Assembly: GCA_904063045.1 (NCBI GenBank)
Contig: CAJFCJ010000006.1
Coordinates: 3,922,408-3,986,407, forward strand
Length of the DNA stretch: 64,000 bases
Source: Dimorphilus gyrociliatus
Taxonomy: Eukaryota; Animalia; Annelida
Direction: 5' to 3'
Part shown: positions 54,678 to 64,000 of the stretch, one piece after another
How positions within the stretch are numbered: the first letter of the stretch is position 1
Layout: each line of letters begins with the position of its first letter
Made by a program: the position numbers and the translations under genes
The notes under the pieces: model-generated
What the model saw: the letters and a program-made list of their open reading frames with translations, nothing else
What the model was told of the DNA's origin: nothing
Databases searched by the model: none

Positions 54678-56639
54678 TTACGAGATGATAAAGTTTTGAA
54701 AATTTTGTCACGTAGTCAGGATGTATTGAAAATTTTAAGCTGTGTTTATAAACATAATAATTATTTATGCTTATAAATGAAATGTGTAAATTATTCATAA
54801 ATTAATTCTTATCATGTAAAACAGGGGTCTTAATATTTATATGAGTGTTTGCTAAATCGATAACTATTTAGCCTATGTTGTCTGGTTCAATTGTTGAGTT
54901 AGATCGACCTAAATAAAAAGTATAGAATTGAGTAAACAATAAGGAAGAAGATTAAATCAAACTAGTTGAAGTATAAAGGGGAAATTGTCTTTTCTATCTA
55001 ACATGTATTTCTCTTAAAACTATATTCTCATCACTCGGTGCATTGTATAAATATAGTATAAAACTTATTTATAAACTAGTAACTCAGAAAATGCAATTAA
55101 GGTTTTTTTTGTAGGAAGGTAGGCGGGAGAGGGAAATTGCAAAGTACCGTATAAAAATGTTTAGGCATCAAAGCTTTGCCAGAAATAAAAACAAATGATT
55201 CATTTCCCATGTATTGCTTCTTGTTTTTTCTTAAAAAGGACCAAATTATTAAACAATTTATAAGGTTGATTTTTTGCTAGACGCAAGATTTTTTTTTGCA
55301 TTATCCAAAGATTATAAAAAGCAGAATTTTACTTTAGCTGAAGCTAAATTAGCTCGGTGCTAGATTATGATAGGCTAGGGCTCTGTATGTTGCGAATGCG
55401 CGTGTGTAGTATATTTGTAAAAGATAAGTTTTAAGGCTGGAGTAAGTACGGGTTCGTACCAGCATCCATTACCTATAAATAACGAAATAGGCAAAACTTT
55501 ATATCTTGTTGATATAATAGTCTATTTTACAATATATATAATCTATGATTATATACCTGAAATTTTGAACGTAATACTTTTAAAGCAGACAATATACATA
55601 TTGTAAAATACTTTATATTTATATGGATATACAATACAAAAGTGTATGAATGTATATGTAGTCACTAAAGCTTTTATTCTTCAATGGATTAGACTTAGGT
55701 AAAAACATTTTTAAATACCCTTATGAAAGAAACTGTCTCTTGGTTTCAAGATATTTTTGATATTATATATATCTTTTATCTTCTAGCCAAGTTGAAATTT
55801 AATACATCGGTTTATATAATTGTTTAATCAGATTTTCTTATTATAATTGTCTCAATTTTCTTTTCCTATTTTTCTATAAAGCTTTAAAGCGAACATTCCA
55901 TTAATTGTAGTTATAATTGACAATTTGGATTAATTAAGTTGTACTAATTCTACAGTGTTTAAATATATACACGCATTTCGATATAAACTGACGAATCAAG
56001 CACAACTCCGGAAAAACAACACACTTTTTATATTCTCTCTCGCGTACCCCTCTCGTCTGCTAATAGATGCTCTACAATTCATCTTTTCATTTATAATTTG
56101 ATAACAAACAACATTGGATTATAACGTACAATGTTCTGGTAATGCGTTATATTTTTATTTAATAGTATTCGTATCATATATACAGTATTAGTATATACAT
56201 ATATATATATAAATGCATAAAACTATTTGTACGTACAGATTATTACGCGTATTAATTCTTTATATTCTGGAAAACAGCAATTATCATTATTTACTGTTGG
56301 GAAAGTCTGATTGATCTCGTCACTGGACTGAAGGAATACAATGAAATATACATATTAATCTATTTAATGAAATTGTACACAGATAAAGGAGAAATATAAC
56401 CATTCGAACAACTAAGAAAAAACTGAAAAAACTGAAATAGATAGAGTAAAAAAAGACAGAGGGGAAGAAACGTTCGAGGGAGAGATATACTTAAAAGAAG
56501 AGAAAGAGAAACTGAAGGAAACAGAGAGTCAGAGATATATAGATAGATAGGCAGAGCGAGAGAGAGAGAAGGTGAAAGCGAAAGCGAAGGGAAGAAAAGA
56601 TAGATATATTTATAGTAGAAGAGTAGTAGCTAATGAAGA

Positions 56640-56902
56640 ATGTCGTGCTCTTGTGCGAAAAAACTGTCCAGATCTCATAAAGGTGAATTTATATTATAAA
56701 ATTTATCATTCGAATAACGATTTATATAAAAAATTGTATAAATTCTGATATAAAAGAAAATCTCAAGTAATCAAAATCGAAAATAGGATAGCTCCATTCA
56801 ATATAGAAAATAGAGTGAAATTGTAATGCTTCTGATCTAATTAATCTGGTTATATAATAAGTGTTAGCATATATAAATATATAAATACACTATACTCGTA
56901 TA

Positions 56903-56938
<36 letters not shown>

Positions 56939-59900
56939 TATTCAATATAATATCTTTAAATATGACAACAACAAATCCAAAACCTGTTAAATTAAAGAAT
57001 CCGATTACTTTGTTCTAAAATTATTCTCGAATATTTTTTTTCCATGTGTAAAACTTCGTATAATAGCCAATAGGCTCGAATCGTAATTCAATATTTGTAT
57101 AGGAGAACTATGTTTATGATGAGTATAATTTTTTTTTTATAATTTAGACCGCACCCGGCGACCTACATCTAAACTGAAAGTTTAAAAAAAATATAATAAA
57201 ATCATCAAATTCCCCCCTCCCCCCTCTTGTTTGTATATGTTGAATTCTCTCTCACTCTATCTCTCTCTGTCTCTCTCACTCTATATATATATATTGTATA
57301 TAAATATATATATTAGATATGTTTAAAAGCTAACAGCGTAGAAAAATATCAGATATTTTTGTAATAAAAAAAAATTTATGTAATAATATCACTAGTTGGT
57401 AAACTGGTATCACACTTAAGTAAAAAGGTAGGGGGAGAGGGGGTATTAATATATATAGCACGTTTTACTCTTCATCGTCTGTTACGTAAATTATATATTT
57501 GGTAGTTGTAAAAAAAAAAAAATTGCATTTTTTTTTAGTGTTAGGTTTTTTTTTGAGTTAAACCGCTACAGGTAGAAGCGGCGAGTTAAATTTATATCGT
57601 CGACCAGGCCTTGTTGGCACGAAAAGCCAAAAGTGGCCTGCATTCGTAATTAAATACAAGACATTGTTCACTCTTCAGACTGGCCGCGTCCTCTACCAAG
57701 TGCTGAATTTCAACGATTGAGAGATATCATAGACATTTCTCTGCACGGATACGATCTTGAAGATAGTGGGTACGAAGCTGCCGAAAACTTTCTTAACATG
57801 GCGGATAACTCTGTTGTTGAAGAAAACTTAGTTGGTTCGGGTCAGAATGAAGGTGAGAATGGAGATGACCATGTAAAGTTAACTAGGTCGGAAAGTCTTG
57901 ATAGCCCAAAATCAGACGACGAGGGTTTAGGTGTCGAGAAAAAGGAGGTTACAGATAACAATTCCGATGAAGTAGAAGAGGAATCACCTAATCCTTCGTC
58001 TACACTTGACGCTGAATCGCCAGTGCCAGAGGCTGAAAACTCTTGCGAAAGAGACGAAGTAGATTTGGAAGAAACTGGAAATGATAATGAAAATTCCAAT
58101 GTTGAGCTAGAGTCTGAAAATGTAGAAGAGAACCTCAACGAATCACTCAATTCTGACGATAGGGTTGAAGAGGAGGATGAAGTTAACAAGCAGGAGGAAT
58201 CTAATGAACCAAATAACCTAGAATCTTCCCCAACAAGAAAGTCTTCAGTATCATCAAGAGACAGTAAAGAAGCTTCAGACATGGAAGATAATAACGTCTC
58301 TAATCAAAGTAACGAGCCAATTATGGCAAGTGTAAACGAAGGTGAGTGTGAAATATCTCAGCAAGAGCATATTGAAAGCTTGGAGACAACTCCCAACGAC
58401 GAAGAAGAGCAATCGGAGTGTGATAGTCGATTTACAAGGGAATTATCTTGCATATCCGAAAAAGAGGATGAGATGAACGTAGAACAAATAACAGAGGCTA
58501 AGGACAACGCCCCAGCAGATAACGAAGAAAATGTTGTAGAAGAAAATATAACGGAAACGTTAGCCGAAAATGTCGAAAGCATTATGCTTAATTCAACACA
58601 AGAAGAGGATGGTAAACCTGTAGAGGAAACGATGAACGAGTTAAATATTGAGCAGGTGGAAGCAGCAATGATCCACGAAACGTGTTCGGAAAATGGCGAT
58701 GAATCAACAGATGTGGAGGTTAACTTACCGATCAAATACGAAAGCGATACACAATTACAATGGGCGATGGAGATTCTCCTGGGAAAATCACTGCCTGTAC
58801 TAGACACTAGCTATAGTAAGTATAGATTAAAACAGTAAAAATATAACATCTATGTGTTATCAAATAATTAAGTAAAATCCTAAAGAACACAAAATTTTCT
58901 TTCGCACTTCAACAATCTAAGCTGAATTGTCAATTGCAAGGGCCCTCTGTATTTTCAAACTAGGCCAAACTTTTTTTTCTCCTTTTCCTTACCTAAACTA
59001 AAGAAAAATGATTGATTCACCCCTTGTAAACATTCATAGTTCTATTGATGAATTATTTACCTTTCAGGCTGCTAACAGGTCGTATATATGTATGAATTCT
59101 TTTGTTTAGAAATCTCAGCATACTTTATTTTACAGGTATCTCTATAGAGTAATTTATATCTATAAATATATATAAATTTATATATATATATATATATATA
59201 TATACAGTATATATGCTTTTATATAGATACGAGTACTTTATGTAGAAATCTCTACTATCATCCAACATTTAAGATATAGTCCATCAATATTTGTATTTAT
59301 TTATTTATTTGTGCAAATTCTCAGCCTTGTATAAAAATATATAGCATATGCGCGGATGTATGCATACAGATAATATATACTAATAAACGCACGTAAGTTT
59401 TTTTTTAACCGACCCTTTTAAAATCGATAAAGAGGCCTAGACATATTCGAATTGCCTATAGTCCTACAAGTACTACGATCTTGGTTAAATTTTCGCTTAT
59501 CGGCCGTGTTTACTGAATAAACTTTTTAGCTTTTAATTTTATTAAAACTTTTGACCTTTACCAGCTGCTAAAAAGTGTAATTAAGTATTGTTTGATTTGA
59601 TAGATAAAAGGGTAAAGAATTCAGGTAAGTATAGAATTTTCCCGGAGAAGGAAACTGTACTTTAAATTATTTTTTTCATATTTAAAAAACATTTTAATAC
59701 GTGATTATCTTATTTAACGAAAAAAAGTCGTATTGACAAAAGCTTTCGAGACGAAGAGCCTCAACAAATAAGCTATCAGTTTATTACGCGCAAAGCAAAT
59801 ATATATATACTGCATAACTATTTATATGAAATTGTAATAGTTGTCTATTTATTTTCTTTTTAAAAAGGATCTATAAGGAATGAATTAGAGAGTTTTTATA

Positions 59901-60315
59901 CACCTGTTAAGAGCTATACGATTAAAAGAGGTCAAGGAATAGTTGAAGAACCAACAGAAGCAATTGAGGAGCAAGTTGTTCAAGCGGAAGTGAATTTGGG
60001 AAATGAGAGCACTCCGTTGAATTCTAATCTAGATAGAAATTTGAATGGGGATAACGGCTTACTTAATAATTCGGGTGTAGACGACTTAGACGATACAATT
60101 CTCTCCGATGGATCAGAAGGAGTGAAAGAGAGGGAACCTTTGCCCGAGGTATACAATAAAATTAGATTAAGAAAATATTCCTAAAGTCTAATCTTTTACC
60201 GGCTATCACTCTTATATTATATGATATCTTTTTTTAGATTTTATCCCCTAAATCTCCAAGGAAACGTTTTTCACTTCGCCATTTGTTAACGTGCAGTCGA
60301 GCTGCCGACGATTGA
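56640..60315 (+). CDS. 512-aa acidic, largely disordered protein of unknown family (4 coding exons: 56640-56682, 57679-58815, 59868-60148, 60238-60315)
   Basis: Four GT-AG-bounded exons total 1539 nt and read through without stops: MSCSCAKKLSRSHK-DWPRPLPSAEFQRLRDIID..E/D/N/S-rich..QLQWAMEILLGKSLPVLDTSY-RSIRNELESFY..-ILSPKSPRKRFSLRHLLTCSRAADD*. Confidence 0.7.
56906..56934. repeat. (TA)n microsatellite
   Basis: About 14 TA units in intron 1 of the acidic orphan gene. Similar tracts at 53826-53847 and 59179-59204. Confidence 0.9.
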
Positions 60316-62062
60316 CCAAAGTGACGACAACTTGACTTTTTACAAAAAAAAAAACGTGCTTTACAACCTTTTGCCATAAAAGTATATTTTTTAGCTCTTT
60401 TAAGACATGAAACTTGCAGATAGTTAGCTACTACTAAAAAAAACTTACTTTTTATGCTTTCTTCTCATTTGTTAAACAAACAAATAGGACAGAAATCCTT
60501 ATAATTGTACATAATATTATATAAATATATAATAATTGGGGATGGAAGCTTCCTTGTTTTATCCACGCATTGCAAACTCTGATTTTCGTCTTAGACTTTA
60601 TAAAGTTATCATTAACTTGCTAATGAATCATTATTAAGCAAAAGCAGGCCTCTTTCTGCCTTCGTCTTCTTATCATTAAGCGAGCTGAGGCCAGCAAAAT
60701 AATTATTTATAATGACAAGTTATAATCCTGTCACGGGATAATACTTTTTATTCTTGAACTATTGTCTTTTACCCCAGCTATTATCCATAATATTTTAATT
60801 GCAAACATCTATATTACTACTCATTTTATTAATATATGAATTATCATAATTTTCAGAGATATATATTAATCGAAATTTACCTTTTGGGAGATCTATCCTG
60901 CGTAATAATGCACAGAACGAAAGCGATCTTAGCAGACTTATTCTAATTAGTCTTATATGTAAGTAAAATAAATATGGGGGATAAGAAGTTCATCAATTTT
61001 GCTGAAGGCTTTATACTAAAATTTAACCTTTTATGCTCTCATTTTTAATAGTTTATGACATTGGAAGAATATTAAATTGTTTTTTGTAAAATCTTTAAAA
61101 AAGAGGAAAATAATTCTGTTTTTTTTATCTGAAAATATAAGATTCAATGAATATCATAAATATTCATCAAATTATATATGAATGCTTAAGTTGCGTGCTT
61201 AATTATAGATAAGATACACGAGAAAAGCTTTCTGATTTACCATGATTAGGAAAGGCTTATCTCATAAATCTTGGGTAATTAACAAAAACGTCGCTTGTAA
61301 AGGTAAGCGCAAAAATGGATTAAGATATTTGTTTCTGGACGAAGAGTCCATTCAAGTATACAAAGCTCATCAATCATCTCAATAAGCTTTAAACTAAAAG
61401 AAAAACTGTAGTATGATATTAACAATTAACTAGGGAGTGATCCTAAATAAATATATGCATAACTTATATATTCTGTTTAAATATATGTATATATTTAATA
61501 TACTGACAATACATATATATATATATATAAAGCAATAGAAAGAAAGTGTTATTTATCTTAAAAAAAATATATTTATATGCTAAATGCTCTTTCATAAAGA
61601 ACATCTTTCTTGTTTGTAATTCAGTAGAGAAAAAATTTTCGTCTTTTCCCTTTATTTAAAATTACTTTCATAAGTTTACATTCAATATTTTGGTTGCACT
61701 TAACTAAACAACCTGCGTCACTTACGAGACAAGCAATTTCTTTGTGGGAATGTTGTTGAGACGTTTTCACTTTATCACAAGAAAGCAGTAGTGGCTATGT
61801 CCAATCCGTAAATAAATCGATATAAGATATTATCGTATAAGCTGAATTCTTATTTTCTTGATTAACAACTATATTATCCCAGAAAATTAGTTAAATATAG
61901 ATGAGATAATAGATGAGTAGTTAATAATACGTTTAAACCGAGAAATGAAGTATATTTGACAATCTGAATTGTCAAGAAAACATATATTCCTTACTTTTGT
62001 CGTTGTTATTGGCATTTATTGCTGGAAAATGTGTTCGATAAATGTCTTTGTCAAAATATTAA

Positions 62063-63094
62063 TCATCTTCGACTGTATACAACAGTTTGCATTTCATGCG
62101 TATTAGTTGGCTTGGATTGAGTTAGAGGATGGAATTCGTCACGTCTTTTACAATTCTTACCAAATTTAACGTTAAAAAACCCATATAAAAATGGGTTTAT
62201 TGCGCTATTAAGTAAAGCCATAGTCTCCGCAAACGTTTGGACAGATTGTCCCACTTTACCTCCATTCCAAATTCGTAAATGATGTACAACAAAGTATGGT
62301 GTCCAGCAAGCGATAAAGGAAAATATAATGCAAATAGTCATCTTGATTGTTTTTACTTTAGCCCTTGTAATAGCCGCAACATGAGATGAGTTTTTCTTAA
62401 ATAAATTTGAACGCCCTTGATGCCATACGATTCTAACAACACTTGCGTAACAGAACGTAATGAAGAAAGCAGGTAAAATGAGAATATAACTCGTTAGAAA
62501 AGTGAAATATACTAAACGCTGCCAATGCGCTGTGTAGCCCTCGCTTTTGCATTCATAAAAAGTTATGTTGTTATCGGGATTAATTTTCTTCACTCTTACA
62601 AAAATGAAAAGCTGAGGAGCAGCAAATATGAATGCTAAAATCCAAGAGCATATAATCATTATTTTAGCGCGCTGTGTCGTATTACTCGGACTTAATGGAT
62701 GACAAATAGCCATATAACGGTCAAAACTCATACTGACAAGAATAAAAGTTGTAGAAGCAAGCGTTACTATTTGCAGATAAACGGAAATCCTACAGGCGAC
62801 GTCGCTGAATATCCAAGTGCGGTTGAATACAACAAATAATATTTCAACAGGCATAGTAACAAAGCAAACAGTCAAATCTCCGATAGCCAAGTTTAGAATG
62901 AATATATTAACTCGATAATTCAGCACTTTTCTCTTTATGCATGTTAGGACTGTTATTATACTAACATTTCCGAAGAATGATAAAGCCAATATTATTGAAA
63001 TTGTAGTAATGCTCTGGATAGTTGCTGAATCCCAATTTTTCGGATATCCAAGTGCCGTTATATTTGTTGAATTATTTTCCGTAATATTCATCAT
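62063..63094 (-). CDS. Intronless rhodopsin-class neuropeptide GPCR, vasopressin/oxytocin-NPS/CCAP-GnRH superfamily
   Basis: Seven TM helices; GN (TM1), NLAIGDL (TM2), SFDRYMAICHPL, WILAFIFAAPQLFIF, FIACWTPYF, NSAINPFLY; N-glycosylation sites in the N-terminus. A minus-strand donor/acceptor pair near 63245-63320 suggests a 5' UTR intron. Confidence 0.93.
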   Translation of the reverse strand: MMNITENNSTNITALGYPKNWDSATIQSITTISIILALSFFGNVSIITVLTCIKRKVLNYRVNIFILNLAIGDLTVCFVTMPVEILFVVFNRTWIFSDVACRISVYLQIVTLASTTFILVSMSFDRYMAICHPLSPSNTTQRAKIMIICSWILAFIFAAPQLFIFVRVKKINPDNNITFYECKSEGYTAHWQRLVYFTFLTSYILILPAFFITFCYASVVRIVWHQGRSNLFKKNSSHVAAITRAKVKTIKMTICIIFSFIACWTPYFVVHHLRIWNGGKVGQSVQTFAETMALLNSAINPFLYGFFNVKFGKNCKRRDEFHPLTQSKPTNTHEMQTVVYSRR

Positions 63095-64000
63095 CTATTT
63101 ATAGTTAAAACAAGTAGACTGAAAACACCTTGATACATGTAAATTAAATTATAGCAACGGCTTTAGTCTTCATCTTTTTTTATATATAAAGATGAAAAAC
63201 TGAAATAACATTTGGCTTTATATATTTTCTTTCTCTATGTCTACACCACTGAAGTTATTCTTGATCTAATATCCGATAAATCTCTTATTTTGAACATATG
63301 CAGACACAAACTCACCTTTTTGTGCGCTCTTTCCCTCCTTCGACAACGTAATAAGTGGAGACGCTCTTCGCTAGGTGTCTCTGCCTTGCCTAGGTTGTCA
63401 TTTGCAAAACAATTGGGTATTATTAAAATTAAACGACAACTCTACGATTCTATGACTGTATTTTTTCGAGTAAAGAAAAAATCAATTGGTAGAATCTATA
63501 AAATAGCAAATGACACTGGATTTGAGGAAAGTTGATTGGACGTTACACTATCTAATGAAACACGAAATATATTTCGGATTCAGGTCATACTATTCATTGC
63601 AACATCAACACTTTAAAGTACACCAGAATTACTTCCTCAAACTAGCCGGTTGTTCTTGCCTATGTGGATCGCAGGCGGAATCCAAATCGTAATATGAATA
63701 AAGGCCGTGTGGCTCTCTCTTCGGTTGATAGGATGAAGTTTGCTTAGCTGATTCGGTTTTAGCTGTTTTGAATTAATGAGGAATCCTTATTATTTTAATA
63801 ACAAGTAGCTTTCTTTAAAAAAATGCGATAATCTGATATCTAGCGTAATTGCCATTTTCCACCGCAACAATTTATCATTTAAATAGACAAAGAGCTAGCA
63901 TTGTAATCAATAAAATATTTATATGCTATTTTCATAATTATTCTTCATAAAAAACACAAACTTTTCTGGGCTGCATTTGCAGTTTTCACAGATTGGGCTG

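Noticed and set aside
55350-55468. tRNA-like A-box (TAGCTCGGTGCTAGA) and B-box-like GGGTTCGTACC, possible tRNA or SINE relic
   Set aside because: No cloverleaf, spacing too long, B-box mismatched, no second copy. More simply a 5' UTR exon with donor GA|gtaagt at 55441.
57212-57443. C-tract (57212-57224) and G-tract (57431-57443) that could pair, plus GA/CT tracts flanking exon 1
   Set aside because: Low-complexity complementarity; not distinguishable from chance without conservation data.
57757-57783. DSGYEA as a beta-TrCP degron
   Set aside because: Lacks the second Ser of DSGxxS.
57842-58807. Ser-rich minus-strand ORFs 57842-58282 and 58358-58807 (likewise 39136-40119, 23780-24199, 25003-25230)
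   Set aside because: Antisense or alternate-frame shadows of low-complexity coding exons.
63212-63692. Plus-strand ORFs 63212-63535 and 63510-63692
   Set aside because: Non-ATG or weak starts, no motifs; the region looks like the GPCR 5' UTR and promoter on the minus strand.

Overview
AT-rich, gene-dense eukaryotic (animal) DNA with very short GT-AG introns (mostly about 50-65 nt) and tiny intergenic gaps. This style fits a miniaturised lophotrochozoan genome such as the annelid Dimorphilus (inference, not verified). I reconstruct about 22 protein-coding genes by hand-splicing: staufen, RMC1, SLC66A2/PQLC1, NME6, Clock, a nested FkbM-type methyltransferase, TIMM10B, arfaptin, an EGF-like receptor, ISOC1, a claudin-like gene, an RJL-type GTPase, SAFB, CFAP206, a tetraspanin, an ankyrin-SOCS protein, supervillin, a CDK2-like kinase, IFT54/TRAF3IP1, ODAD1/CCDC63, three unidentified genes and a vasopressin/NPS-superfamily GPCR. 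I saw no rRNA, tRNA, CRISPR or intact transposon. Because typical introns are tiny, I searched the rare long ones for hidden content. Best leads: (1) a same-strand methyltransferase gene nested in a Clock intron, with a splice phase that allows an in-frame CLOCK-methyltransferase chimera; (2) a hidden duplicated exon in arfaptin that swaps the last BAR helix; (3) TA-CAG/CTG-TA motifs inside (TA)n tracts that match Tc1/mariner excision footprints; (4) RFX X-boxes before three ciliary genes and a J-domain-less RJL GTPase; (5) a poison-exon candidate in SAFB; (6) a 512-aa acidic orphan with an N-terminal CxC-basic anchor. All exon structures are manual predictions without transcript evidence.
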